Part shown: piece by piece, positions 36,443 to 46,453 of the stretch
Layout: the number at the start of each line of letters is the position of its first letter
Position numbering within the stretch: the stretch's first letter is position 1
Source: Afipia sp.
Lineage (GTDB): Bacteria; Pseudomonadota; Alphaproteobacteria; Rhizobiales; Xanthobacteraceae
Length of the DNA: 64,000 nt
Reading direction: 5' to 3'
NCBI GenBank assembly: GCA_044464625.1
Contig: JBIQLC010000012.1
Span: 252-64,251 of the forward strand
Notes under the pieces: model-generated
Seen by the model: only the letters and a program-made list of their open reading frames with translations
The model's database searches: none
Told to the model about the DNA's origin: nothing
Made by a program: the position numbers and the translations under genes

Positions 36443-38650
36443 ATGCCCCGTTTCCCCACTTTCGGATTGTCGGATGCTCATCGCGGTGAGCCCAACGCGG
36501 CAATACGTGTGGACACTGGCTCGACCTCTCCGCGATCGACAGCATCGACGGAGACCAGATTGACCAGTTCTTTCCATCAGCCCCTTTCGCGACTGATTTC
36601 GCCGGCGTTGTTCGCAGCATTGCTCGCGAGCACGGCTGCAACCGTGCCAACGCCCGCGCACAGCCAGGAAGCAGCACTGCCGCCGGTCAATGTCGATTCG
36701 AGCCGCCTGTACGGCGGCATCGTCGGCGCGGCGACCAGCATCATCACCGCCGAGGACATTGCCCGCTCCCCGGGCCAGACTGTGCAGGATGTGCTCGCCA
36801 CCGTTCCGGGCGTTCAGTTGCAGTCGCTCTACGGCGCGACCAACGGCGTCGGCACCACGGTCGACGTGCGCGGCTTCGGCGCGTTCGCCAGTTCGAATAC
36901 GCTGATCCTGATCAACGGCCGCCGGGTCAACGACCTCGACATGGCCGGCGTTGATCTGTCGACCATTCCGCTGCAGTCGATCGAGCGCATCGAGGTGACG
37001 CGCGGCAACAGCGGCGCGGTGCTGTACGGCGACAACGCCATCGGCGGCGTCATCAACATCGTCACCAAAACCGGCGCGGGCGCCGGCAAGCCGATCACCA
37101 TGCGCGCGGAAGCTGGCGTCGGCTCGTTCAACCAGCGATTCGGCAACGTCTCGGCGACGACCAATTACGGCCCGTGGTCGTCCTCGGTGTTCGCCAACAT
37201 CATCCATTCGGATGGCTACCGGAAGAACAACGAACTCGACCAGCGCAACGCCGTTGGCGAGGTGCGCTACACGACCTCCGATTTCAGCGCCTTCCTGAAC
37301 ATGTCCGCCGACGATCAGCGTCTCGGCCTGCCCGGCGGCCGTGCCGTCACCGCGACCAAGAACGAACTCGTCACCGATCCGCGCGGCGCCACCACGCCGC
37401 TCGACTATGGAAAAAAGCAGGGTCTCAACGTCACCGCCGGATTCACCAAGGCATTGTGGAGCGGCGCTGAGCTGATCGTCGATGGCGGCGTACGCGACAA
37501 GCGCCAGCAGGCCGGTTACTTCAGCCCGTTCGCCGAGAACTACGTCGACAGCACGTTGCAGACCTGGTCGATCACGCCGCGGCTCAGCATCAAGAACGAT
37601 ATGTTCGGCCTGAAATCGAACATCCTGACCGGCATCGACTATTACGACGCGACCTACGATTCGACCCGCAGCATGTTCAAGTCGCTGCCGCCGAGCCATG
37701 TCTACAATCTCGGGCAGCAGACGGCGGCGGTCTACTGGCAGCAGACCCTCGGCATCCTGCCGACCACCGACTTCTCCTATGGCGGTCGCCTGCAGCACAC
37801 CCACATCACCGCGCGGGACAATTACGATCCCACGGCGCCGCGTTCCGCCTTCACCGATGCGCAGGACCTTCCGCTCGACCAGAACGAATGGCAGCACGCG
37901 CTGCATGTCGGTCTGGAGCATCGCTTCAACGACACCTTCTCGGTGTTCGCCCGCGCCGCGCGCGCCTTCCGCACACCGAACGTGGACGAGCGCGTCGGCG
38001 CCGGTCCGCAGTTCGACCCGTTCTTCACCGCGATCTCGAGCAACTTCCAGCTCAAGACGCAGACGTCATATGACGTCGAGGGCGGCTTCCGCATTCGCAG
38101 CGGCAGCTTCGCGCTGCAGACCAGCGTCTATGACATGCACCTGGAGAACGAGATCCATTACGATCCGTTCAAGGGCTACAACCTCAACCTCGATCCGACG
38201 CACCGCTACGGCACCGAGACATCGGCATCGCTGGGGCTGACGGACAGTCTTCGCATCCGCGGCAGCCTCGCCTATACCCGCGCCGTGTTCGAGGACGGAC
38301 CGTTCAGGGGCAAGGACGTCCCGCTGGTCTCGCCGCTCAGCGGCAGCGCCGGCCTGTCGTGGGACATCTGGCAGAAGTATCTGACGTTCGACGGCACTGT
38401 GCGCTTCTGGAGCGCGCGACGGATGGATAACGACCAGAACAACACCCAGTCGCTTATTCCCGCCAACGCCACGCTGGACCTCAAGCTCGGCGGCGAGATC
38501 GACCGCTTCTTCTGGTCGATCAGCGTCAACAACCTGTTCGACGTGTTCTATTACGACTACGCGATTGCCAGCCAGTTCACGCCCGGCAATTTCAGTGCCT
38601 ACCCTCTGCCCGGCCGAACCTACATGCTCAAGGCCGGCATGACGTTCTGA
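36443..38650 (+). CDS. TonB-dependent receptor, BtuB-like (cobalamin)
   Basis: TonB-box LPPVNV, plug (DVRGFG, LILINGRRVN, IERIEVTRG, AIGGVINIVT), C-terminal Phe; B12 riboswitch upstream; alternative start TTG 36560. Confidence 0.9.
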   Translation: MPRFPTFGLSDAHRGEPNAAIRVDTGSTSPRSTASTETRLTSSFHQPLSRLISPALFAALLASTAATVPTPAHSQEAALPPVNVDSSRLYGGIVGAATSIITAEDIARSPGQTVQDVLATVPGVQLQSLYGATNGVGTTVDVRGFGAFASSNTLILINGRRVNDLDMAGVDLSTIPLQSIERIEVTRGNSGAVLYGDNAIGGVINIVTKTGAGAGKPITMRAEAGVGSFNQRFGNVSATTNYGPWSSSVFANIIHSDGYRKNNELDQRNAVGEVRYTTSDFSAFLNMSADDQRLGLPGGRAVTATKNELVTDPRGATTPLDYGKKQGLNVTAGFTKALWSGAELIVDGGVRDKRQQAGYFSPFAENYVDSTLQTWSITPRLSIKNDMFGLKSNILTGIDYYDATYDSTRSMFKSLPPSHVYNLGQQTAAVYWQQTLGILPTTDFSYGGRLQHTHITARDNYDPTAPRSAFTDAQDLPLDQNEWQHALHVGLEHRFNDTFSVFARAARAFRTPNVDERVGAGPQFDPFFTAISSNFQLKTQTSYDVEGGFRIRSGSFALQTSVYDMHLENEIHYDPFKGYNLNLDPTHRYGTETSASLGLTDSLRIRGSLAYTRAVFEDGPFRGKDVPLVSPLSGSAGLSWDIWQKYLTFDGTVRFWSARRMDNDQNNTQSLIPANATLDLKLGGEIDRFFWSISVNNLFDVFYYDYAIASQFTPGNFSAYPLPGRTYMLKAGMTF

Positions 38651-38751
38651 CGAAAAAGCTCGGCCCGCGGCAGCTGGAGCTGTATCGCGGGCCGGCCTTC
38701 CCTCCGTCGTCACGTGTCGCGGGGGCGTTGCAAACGTGACGCGGAATGGCT

Positions 38752-39039
38752 TCAGATCTTCTTCTTGACGATCACGGTGCGATGACCCGGGGTCATCACG
38801 ACCTTCTTCTTCACCACATGGCGGTGATACGGCGCGACCACCACCTTCTTCTTCACCACGACGTGGCGATGCGCGCGGTGGTGACGATGCTTCTTGATCA
38901 CCACCACCTTGTTGTTGGCGTTGGCGAACGAATGGGCGATCGGCGCATGGCCGCTCTTGATGACGACCGTGCCGGCCATCGCGGGCGCAGCAAGCAGCGA
39001 ACCGGCAAGCACCGCAGCGGAAATTGTCTTGAACAACAT
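38752..39039 (-). CDS. Small secreted His/Lys/Val-rich repeat protein (95 aa)
   Basis: RBS AGGAGA, ATG 39039, signal peptide ending APAMA, repeats VVKKKVV...H-R-H; 17-bp DNA repeat at 38801 and 38843. Confidence 0.7.
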   Translation of the reverse strand: MLFKTISAAVLAGSLLAAPAMAGTVVIKSGHAPIAHSFANANNKVVVIKKHRHHRAHRHVVVKKKVVVAPYHRHVVKKKVVMTPGHRTVIVKKKI

Positions 39040-39318
39040 CGTCGTCTCCTGTGTCTGTTCGATCGATCGCGTCAGTGACCGGAATGGCCGGGACCGATCG
39101 ATCATGGAGACGATCCTGACGCCTGCTGGCTGAACCCGATCTGAAGTCCGCTGATGGCTTGCGTTCATCTGGATGACATTTTGGTCATCCTGCCGCAGGT
39201 CGGGTCGCGAAATAAAATTTCATTTCCTGGAGATTTGATACCGGGACTTTTTGAACCTTCCCGGTGTTCAAGCCGACAGTCCCGGATAGAATTCGGACTG
39301 GTTCGACAGGAGAACGCC

Positions 39319-39864
39319 ATGATCCACCGTATCAGGTTGACGATCCTTGCTGCTGTCGTTGCTGCCTTCGCGGCAGCCCCGACACTGAACAACGCCTTCG
39401 CCGCCGGCTCCGACGAGCCTTCACCACCGGCATCAAGCAGCAAGTCGAAGGACACCAAGAAGTCGAAGAAGTCCGACAAGCGGTCGAGCGTCGACGATCC
39501 GAAATTCCTGCAGGACTATCGCGCCGCCTACGCGACGATCTACGAGCGCCACGATTACGCAAACGCCATCGATCAGCTCAAGGCGCTTGGCCAGGATGAC
39601 CGCGCCGATGTCGCCAACCTGATCGGCTATTCCTATCGCAAGCTCGGCAACTATCAGCTCTCGAGCCTGTGGTACGAGCGCGCGCTGAAGGCCGATCCGA
39701 ACCACGTGCGCACCTGGCAGTATTACGGCCTGTGGCAGGTCGAACAGGGCAACCGCCAGCAGGCGCAGTATCACCTCAACAAGCTCGCGCAACTGGCCGG
39801 CACCGACAGCGAGGAGTACCGCTCACTCGCGCAGGCCATCGCCACCGGCCACACCACCTACTGA
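39319..39864 (+). CDS. Secreted tetratricopeptide-repeat protein
   Basis: RBS AGGAGA, signal peptide, NLIGYSYRKLG...WYERALKADPNH...YYG TPR pattern. Confidence 0.82.
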   Translation: MIHRIRLTILAAVVAAFAAAPTLNNAFAAGSDEPSPPASSSKSKDTKKSKKSDKRSSVDDPKFLQDYRAAYATIYERHDYANAIDQLKALGQDDRADVANLIGYSYRKLGNYQLSSLWYERALKADPNHVRTWQYYGLWQVEQGNRQQAQYHLNKLAQLAGTDSEEYRSLAQAIATGHTTY

Positions 39865-40052
39865 GCCATTCGACATCGTCACAAGCCGGCGTCCCCGATG
39901 CGCCGGCTTTGTTGCGTCTTAACGCTGTCGCACGCTCCTTTCGCAGGGCGGAATTAACCAGTGTCGTGCCTCGACAAGGGCGGCTAAGGTCTATAGACGA
40001 TCTCCGCGCTGCCGGCCTGCCGGCAACCACGACGCAGTGAAGCAATCCGCCG

Positions 40053-40832
40053 ATGAGTACCGCCCGCAAATATCAACGCATCGCTTTCGTGGCGAGCCAG
40101 AGTGACGAAGCGCAACAGGCGCTGAAACAACTCGTGGCGGAATTCGGCAACACCGAGCCCGATCAGGCCGATGTCATCGTTGCGCTCGGCGGCGACGGCC
40201 TGATGCTGCAGACGCTGCACCGCTACATGCGTTCGGGCAAACCGATCTACGGCATGCATCGCGGCACTGTCGGCTTCCTGATGAACGAGTTCAGCACGCA
40301 TTCCCTGCCCGACCGGCTGGAGGCTGCCAAGCTCACCGTGATCAATCCGCTTCTGATGCGCGCGACCGATGTGAACGGTGACGTCCACATTTACCACGCG
40401 ATCAACGAAGTATCGTTGTTCCGCCAGACCCATCAGGCGGCACGGCTGCGCATCCTGGTCGATGAGCGCGAACGGATGGCGGAGCTTGTCGCCGACGGCG
40501 TGCTGGTGGCGACGCCGGCGGGCTCGACCGCCTACAATCTTTCGGCGCAGGGGCCGATCCTGCCGATCAACGCTGCGCTGCTTGCGCTGACGCCGATCAG
40601 CGCCTTCCGGCCGCGGCGCTGGCGCGGCGCGCTGCTGCCCAACACCGCGTTCGTGGTGATCGAAGTGCTCGAGGGCGACAAGCGCCCTGTCGCGGCCGTC
40701 GCAGATCACGACGAGGCCCGCGACGTGCGCCGGGTCGAGATCCTCACCGACCGGACGATCTCGATCCGGATGCTGTTCGACCCCGGCCACAGCCTGGAAG
40801 AGCGAATCCTGAGCGAGCAGTTCGGATTCTGA
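40053..40832 (+). CDS. nadK: NAD kinase
   Basis: [39 protein letters not shown]. Confidence 0.95.
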   Translation: MSTARKYQRIAFVASQSDEAQQALKQLVAEFGNTEPDQADVIVALGGDGLMLQTLHRYMRSGKPIYGMHRGTVGFLMNEFSTHSLPDRLEAAKLTVINPLLMRATDVNGDVHIYHAINEVSLFRQTHQAARLRILVDERERMAELVADGVLVATPAGSTAYNLSAQGPILPINAALLALTPISAFRPRRWRGALLPNTAFVVIEVLEGDKRPVAAVADHDEARDVRRVEILTDRTISIRMLFDPGHSLEERILSEQFGF

Positions 40833-40912
40833 TCGAGCCGAGCACGGCGACAACAGCGATAAAACGACGATATTTGAAGTCCTTAGCAGCGCATTTTCAC
40901 GTATCGCTAAGG

Positions 40913-40927
40913 ATAACCATTCGTTAA
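40913..40927 (+). promoter_or_regulatory. Near-consensus CtrA box (ATAA-N7-TTAA)
   Basis: ATAA ccattcg TTAA 52 nt before the response regulator. Confidence 0.55.
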
Positions 40928-40978
40928 CGGCGGCCGCCTATAGTTAACGCCAGGTATATTCCGCCGGCCGGCCAATCC

Positions 40979-41527
40979 ATGTTTCGCATCGATTTCAACA
41001 AGCTGCGATTCCTTGTGTGCGATGACAATCCGCACATGCGACGCATTTTGCGGACGTTGCTCCATTCGTTCGGCGCGCGCGAAGTCTATGAGGCCGAAGA
41101 CGGCGCCACCGCGCTCGAAATGTACGGCCACTACGTGCCCGACATCGTCATCACCGACTGGGCCATGCCGATTTTCGACGGCATCGAGCTCGCGCAGATG
41201 ATCCGTCAGCCCGAGGGCATCGGCAGCCCGTTCGCGCCGATCATCATGCTCACTGGACATTCGGAAAAGCGGCGCGTGATGTATGCGCGCGACGCCGGCG
41301 TCACTGAATTCCTCGCCAAGCCGATTTCGGCGAAGGGTCTCTATCAGCGGATCATGAACGTGGTCACCAACCCGCGCCCGTTCATCCGGACCAAGAACTA
41401 TTTCGGCCCCGACCGCCGCCGCAACACGACCAACAACTACATCGGTCCGGAACGCCGCCGCGCCGGCGCCAAACCCGACATCGTCGAGCATCCGGCGCTG
41501 CTCGACAAAGTCCGCATAGGAAGCTGA
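40979..41527 (+). CDS. Response regulator receiver protein with C-terminal DRR motifs
   Basis: CDDN, ITDWAMP, LTGH, FLAKP; tail GPDRRR...GPERRR. Confidence 0.88.
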   Translation: MFRIDFNKLRFLVCDDNPHMRRILRTLLHSFGAREVYEAEDGATALEMYGHYVPDIVITDWAMPIFDGIELAQMIRQPEGIGSPFAPIIMLTGHSEKRRVMYARDAGVTEFLAKPISAKGLYQRIMNVVTNPRPFIRTKNYFGPDRRRNTTNNYIGPERRRAGAKPDIVEHPALLDKVRIGS

Positions 41528-41533
41528 AGCATC

Positions 41534-42112
41534 ATGGCAAAACAGAAGCTTCCTCCGGTCAAGGTCGAAACCTTCGACGAATACCAGGTCATCACGCCGC
41601 CGAATCCCCTGCGCCGCGCCGTGAAGCGCGTCGACGAGCGCGACATGGACGATCCGGTGGCACGCGCCGAACAGGCGCTTGCCGAAATGTCCCACGAGTT
41701 CAAATCGTGGATGGCGGAAGAGTGCGAGCGGCTCGCGAGCGCCCATGCTGCGATCCTGCGCGACGGTTTCACCGGCCCGGCGCGCGAAGAACTGTTTCGC
41801 GCCGCGCACGACATCAAGGGCGGCGCCGCGACCTTCGGCTATGCCGCCGCGGGCGCGACCGCAGAAAGCCTGTGCCGCATCATCGAGCACGCGCCGGACC
41901 TCGAGAAAGTGCCGGCTGAACTCATCACCCACCACATCAATGCGATTCAGGCGATCGTTCGCGAACAGACGCGGCCCGACAAGGTCGAGACTGCCGAACA
42001 ACTGAGCCAGCGCCTGCGCGCCGTCGCGGACGAATACCTCATCCACGTCAATCGCGACCGGCCCGAGCATCTCGAAGCGGTGACGGCGCCAAGCATCGTG
42101 CCGGGCGATTAG
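41534..42112 (+). CDS. Hpt domain-containing protein
   Basis: LFRAAHDIKGGAATFGY histidine phosphotransfer motif. Confidence 0.85.
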   Translation: MAKQKLPPVKVETFDEYQVITPPNPLRRAVKRVDERDMDDPVARAEQALAEMSHEFKSWMAEECERLASAHAAILRDGFTGPAREELFRAAHDIKGGAATFGYAAAGATAESLCRIIEHAPDLEKVPAELITHHINAIQAIVREQTRPDKVETAEQLSQRLRAVADEYLIHVNRDRPEHLEAVTAPSIVPGD

Positions 42113-42143
42113 AGCCATTCAAACTGGCGCGGTAACGAGACGA

Positions 42144-42259
42144 GTCATTGCCGGGCATAGCCGTTCGAAGAACGGCGTCGCTTCCGCTCGCCTATGACCC
42201 GGCAATCCATCATCTAAAAAGATTCGTTGATGGATGCCCGGGTCAAGCTCGGGCATGAC
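42144..42259. repeat. Repeat family A, copy 2 (with internal module)
   Basis: GTCATTGCCGGGCATAGCCGTTCGAAGAACGGC...GGGTCAAGCTCGGGCATGAC. Confidence 0.85.
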
Positions 42260-42276
42260 AATTGGGTGTAATCGCG

Positions 42277-43578
42277 TTACGCCGCTATCAGATGGCGATG
42301 ATCGTCGAGATCCTGCGGGATCAGCGCGATATCGTCGTAGGCGGCATCGTAGCCATAGTCATCGACGATCTCCTCGACATCCGATTCCGCCGTCGAACAG
42401 GACAGCCGCGCCACGAAATCATCGGCGAGCAATTGATCGTTTTCGTCCGCGAGTTCGTCGCAGAACAGCCGCGCTTCCTCGCGTGCGGACTCGGTCGCAA
42501 ACCGGCGCAGCAGGATTAGCAGCGCATCACTCGCCTGCCCTGTTCCGGTTTCGCAATGGGTCAGCACGCGCTCGACCATGCGGCGGCGAAGCCGTGCCGC
42601 GCCACCGACAGTGCCGACGAAGCCGACTTCGTGGCTCGCTTCCAGCGCCGCCCGGAACGCCGGAAACGTCGTTTCCGGCAATCCCGCCTTGGCGAGCAGG
42701 GCATTGAGGCTCGAACCGCCGCGATCGTAAACCAGCGCAGCGACGCGCCGTGGCGGCAGGCAGGACAATTCGGCCAGCGCGGCCTCGAACAGTTCCATGT
42801 TGCCGGACAACAGCGCGCGCAGGATCAGGCCGGTGTTGAGCTGGCCGGCGGCCCGCAGATGCCGCACCAGCGCCGCCATCTCTTCGCCGCGCGTCCGCGC
42901 CGCGACGTTGACCGTTGCACGTTCGCGAGCCTCGACGGCCAGCCGCTCGGCACGATCCGGCGACAACCATTCACGCGCGACAACAAACTGCGCCAGCGTG
43001 GCCGAGAGTTTTTCCACCAGCGTCAGCCGCGTTGCCGCCGGCAGATCATCGAGCGCCAGCAGCGCTTCGCGGATCGCGGCAAGATGACCGTGACGCTCGA
43101 CAATGCGATCGAGCGAGAACGGCGCCAGCGCCGCAGCTGGATTTTCGATCAGTTCGAGCGTCGCGGCGGGCGAGCCGACCTCTGCGATAGCCGCGCTGAT
43201 CGCCACCGGCAGCCCGGCGCGGCGCGCGATGGCGCACTGGGTTTCGGAATTGCCGGTCGCGACGATATCGACGAGATCGGCATCGATCAGCAGCGGGGAG
43301 AATTCGAGAATGGGCAGCGCCACCGACGCCTGATCACCTGCGAGCGCGGCGATGATCGCGGGCGGCGCATCGGGTGTGCGGCAGAACACTTCGGCCATCG
43401 CCTGGCGAACCAGCGGCGACGGATCGTCGAGCAGCATCAGCAGCGCGCCCTCGGCTGCTGCCCGATCGTCCTCCGACAAATCGGAAATCAGCCACGCCCG
43501 AGCCAAGGCCCGTGTCGCCTCTGCACGCTCGCCCGCTGACGCGGTACGAACCCAACTAATGAACTGCCGAACGATCAT
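42277..43578 (-). CDS. DUF2336 domain-containing protein
   Basis: ERAEATRALARA...LLDDPSPLVRQAMAE...PILEFSPLLIDADLV...AIARR. Confidence 0.82.
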   Translation of the reverse strand: MIVRQFISWVRTASAGERAEATRALARAWLISDLSEDDRAAAEGALLMLLDDPSPLVRQAMAEVFCRTPDAPPAIIAALAGDQASVALPILEFSPLLIDADLVDIVATGNSETQCAIARRAGLPVAISAAIAEVGSPAATLELIENPAAALAPFSLDRIVERHGHLAAIREALLALDDLPAATRLTLVEKLSATLAQFVVAREWLSPDRAERLAVEARERATVNVAARTRGEEMAALVRHLRAAGQLNTGLILRALLSGNMELFEAALAELSCLPPRRVAALVYDRGGSSLNALLAKAGLPETTFPAFRAALEASHEVGFVGTVGGAARLRRRMVERVLTHCETGTGQASDALLILLRRFATESAREEARLFCDELADENDQLLADDFVARLSCSTAESDVEEIVDDYGYDAAYDDIALIPQDLDDHRHLIAA

Positions 43579-43652
43579 GGGTGTTCCGGCTTACGCAACT
43601 GGCCAAGGCACCGCGACGCGATGCCACTGTCAGAAATCGTAAACCATGACAC

Positions 43653-43701
43653 TTAAGAAACGGTTCACCATAACCGGCTGGGCTCGTTGAGGTTTCGTTA
43701 A
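43653..43701. promoter_or_regulatory. Two near-consensus CtrA boxes upstream of DUF2336
   Basis: TTAA-gaaacgg-TTCA (43653-43667) and TTGA-ggtttcg-TTAA (43687-43701). Confidence 0.55.
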
Positions 43702-43715
43702 CCTCGCGCCCTCGC

Positions 43716-44678
43716 CTAGCCGCTATAGGCGCCGGTCGGATCGCTGAACAGATTGAACGGCGCCTGCCCGGTCGCGGTGCTGGTGGTCGTCGCATTGGGC
43801 GAGTGCGTATTGCTCCACAACGACTGCACCGCCGGCGACACCGGTTCGCTGCGGCTGCCTGCCTGGAACAGCGAGCGGAACATCTGATCCTGCTGACCCT
43901 GTAGCGCCGCGACGCGATCAGTTGCAGCCTGCGTCGGCTGCGGAAAATACGCCAGATAGGTTTCGGTGTTCGGCGCACGCAGCGACACCGGTCCCGATGC
44001 GGGATCAACGCCCGCGCTCGCCATCGCGGTGCGCGTCATCGACGAATTCGCGGCAGCCGCATAGCGCGAAGTCAGCACCGAATAGACCTGCGACACGCTG
44101 CGCGGACTGCCGTCGCGATCGTAGAAGATCGGCCGATTGGCCGCGGCTGCCGCTGGGAAAAATGCCGGAGCCGATGCGCTGGGATTGCTCTGCGCGCTGG
44201 TGATCAGCCGCGCCGCGCCGTTCACGCCCATAAAGTGCGCGATGTAGAGTTCGCCATCGGTCGGGCGACGGCCAAGCTCGCCGGTCAGCTTGAAGCTATT
44301 GGACTGCGTCAGCACGCCGGCCATCGCCGCGTTGGCGGCGGGATCGTCACGCAGCTTCAGGATTTCAGCGCGCGCCGCGGGATCATCGACGGAATACCGA
44401 CCCGAAGCCGATTTCGAGATCGCGTTGGCGTATTGGCCATAGCCAAATGCGGCACCCGCTTCCTTCACGGTGCCGAGCCAGGTCTGCTCGATGAACTGAT
44501 AAAGCCCGCGCGCCGACGAGGTGGAAGCGGCCGCGCTGGGGTTGAGATTGGATTCGATCTTCGCCGCCGACACCAGATACTCGAAGCTCGCGCCGGTCGC
44601 CGCAGCGGCCTGCCGAATCGTGCCTGCGAGTTTGGCGCGAACCGAATCGAGTCCGGCCGCGATGCTGTCGATTGCCAT
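43716..44678 (-). CDS. Lytic transglycosylase (SLT-domain) protein
   Basis: AKIESNLNP catalytic Glu, SARGLYQFIEQTW, LYIAHFMG; start set at ATG 44678. Confidence 0.85.
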   Translation of the reverse strand: MAIDSIAAGLDSVRAKLAGTIRQAAAATGASFEYLVSAAKIESNLNPSAAASTSSARGLYQFIEQTWLGTVKEAGAAFGYGQYANAISKSASGRYSVDDPAARAEILKLRDDPAANAAMAGVLTQSNSFKLTGELGRRPTDGELYIAHFMGVNGAARLITSAQSNPSASAPAFFPAAAAANRPIFYDRDGSPRSVSQVYSVLTSRYAAAANSSMTRTAMASAGVDPASGPVSLRAPNTETYLAYFPQPTQAATDRVAALQGQQDQMFRSLFQAGSRSEPVSPAVQSLWSNTHSPNATTTSTATGQAPFNLFSDPTGAYSG

Positions 44679-44772
44679 GTGTCCCGCTCCCCGGTGACAC
44701 GCGAATTCAGGGCGAGCGTCTCCCAACGCCCGCAGGCCTCCCAGCCTGAGGCCCAAGGTGCGACCGTTATGG

Positions 44773-44787
44773 TTAATGGAGGGTTAA
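44773..44787. promoter_or_regulatory. Perfect CtrA box upstream of the transglycosylase
   Basis: TTAA-tggaggg-TTAA. Confidence 0.75.
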
Positions 44788-44832
44788 CGCGTCAGAAGCG
44801 CTTATCGTCTCAAGAAGGGCGGCTCACAAGAT

Positions 44833-44952
44833 GTCATCACCGGGCCTGTCCCGGTGATCCCGATCAGGCAGGCACCGTGCCTAAGCCAGATGCCCGGGAC
44901 ACAGGCGAGTGGAAGCGACGCCGTTCTTCGAACGGCTATGCCCGGGCATGAC
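44833..44952. repeat. Repeat family A, copy 3 (internal module inverted relative to copy 2)
   Basis: 44900-44941 is the reverse complement of 42155-42196 with 2 mismatches. Confidence 0.85.
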
Positions 44953-44960
44953 AACTACGT

Positions 44961-45380
44961 CTACCGATAAACCTTCGCCGGATCGAAGGTCTTCTCTGCA
45001 TCGACGAACGATAGCGTCGTCGCGCCGTCCTTGCCCGTCACCGCGCGGTAGAAGCACGAGCGGCGGCCGGTGTGGCAGGCGCCGCCGATCTGCTCGACCT
45101 TGATCCATACCGCGTCCTGGTCGCAGTCCATCCGCATCTCGATCACGCGCTGGGTATGGCCCGAGCTTTCGCCTTTGCGCCACAGCGCCTTGCGCGAGCG
45201 GCTGTAGTACCAGCCCTCGCCGGTCGCGATGGTCTTGCGCAGCGCCTCGTCGTTCATGTGGGCAACCATCAGCACGTCGCCGGTCGCAACATCGGTCGCA
45301 ACGCAGGTGACGAGGCCGGCGGCGTCGAATTTCGGGCTGAAGGTCAGCCCTTCCTCAAGGTCGTGGGAGTGAGTGCTCAC
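44961..45380 (-). CDS. hisI: Phosphoribosyl-AMP cyclohydrolase
   Basis: VLMVAHMN, YYSRSRKALWRKGESSG, DCDQD, ACHTGRRSCF; start GTG 45380 assumed. Confidence 0.95.
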   Translation of the reverse strand: MSTHSHDLEEGLTFSPKFDAAGLVTCVATDVATGDVLMVAHMNDEALRKTIATGEGWYYSRSRKALWRKGESSGHTQRVIEMRMDCDQDAVWIKVEQIGGACHTGRRSCFYRAVTGKDGATTLSFVDAEKTFDPAKVYR

Positions 45381-45440
45381 GGCAAATGACTTTCGCAAAA
45401 AAGGCGCGCGGGCTCTTGGTAAAGAAACGGCGCGCCGTTC

Positions 45441-45544
45441 CTAGAGCTTTTTCGCTTCTGATGGAATCAGAAGCGAGAAAGGCTCTCGGTCTTTTCGACG
45501 CGCTTTCTTCACGCGAACCGGTATCCACTTCGCTCGAGAACGCT
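45441..45544. repeat. Repeat family C, copy 2
   Basis: Begins CTAGAGC, internal hairpin, core 45498-45544 matches 20439 and 55126. Confidence 0.85.
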
Positions 45545-45548
45545 TTGC

Positions 45549-46226
45549 TCAAGCGCCGGGCGCGCGCACCATGGAGAGGAAACGGGCCTGCTCTTCCGGA
45601 AAATCGCGGAAGACGCCGGAGAAGCGCGAGGTGATGGTCTTGGCGCCCTGCTTGGCGATGCCGCGCACCGACATGCAGGTATGCTCGGCCTCGATCAATA
45701 CCGCGACACCACGCGGCTGCAGGATCGCGTCGATCGCGCCCGCGATCTGCGCGGTGAGATGCTCCTGCGTCTGCAGGCGATGGGCGAAAATGTCGACCAG
45801 ACGCGCCAGCTTCGACAGGCCCACCACCCGCTCGACCGGCGTATAGGCGATATGCGCCTTGCCGTAGAACGGCATGACGTGATGCTCGCAATGGGAGTGG
45901 AAGCTGATATCGCGTACCAGCACGAAATCGTCGTAGCCGGCGGTCTCGCCGAAGGTGCGGTTCAGCACCTCGGCCGGGCACAGATGATAGCCCTGGAACA
46001 ATTCGTCATAGGCCTCGACCACCCGGCGCGGGGTATCGAGCAGGCCTTCACGGGCCGGGTCCTCGCCGATGTAGGACAGCAGCGTCTTGACCGCGGCCTC
46101 GGCCTCCTCCCGCGACGGACGCGGCAGATCGGCCCGGACGGCAGGCGACTGAAATTCGGAAACAGGAATCTCGGAAGGTTTTTCGGGGGTTTTACCGCCC
46201 CGCAAGGGCTTGATCACAGCGTCCAT
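45549..46226 (-). CDS. folE: GTP cyclohydrolase I
   Basis: [39 protein letters not shown]. Confidence 0.97.
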   Translation of the reverse strand: MDAVIKPLRGGKTPEKPSEIPVSEFQSPAVRADLPRPSREEAEAAVKTLLSYIGEDPAREGLLDTPRRVVEAYDELFQGYHLCPAEVLNRTFGETAGYDDFVLVRDISFHSHCEHHVMPFYGKAHIAYTPVERVVGLSKLARLVDIFAHRLQTQEHLTAQIAGAIDAILQPRGVAVLIEAEHTCMSVRGIAKQGAKTITSRFSGVFRDFPEEQARFLSMVRAPGA

Positions 46227-46453
46227 TCGGCTCTCCGTTCGACCGGCTTTCTACCATAAAGCCGGAGTGTCACCGGCCGCCGCGGCGGCTCATCTGGCCG
46301 CCGGACGCCTCACCCGTCTGGCCCCGGCCCCGGATCGGCTGTTACGTTCCGGTGACCACGCCCAAAGGCGGGTTTATTCGTGTGCAACCCGGATTATATA
46401 GGTTGTGACGGTTGGCCGCCAAGGGCGCCAACGCAGGGGTTTTATGCAACGCC

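Noticed and set aside
36059-37921. 620-aa minus-strand ORF
   Set aside because: Antisense to the TonB receptor and riboswitch with no motifs; typical stop-free shadow frame of high-GC coding DNA
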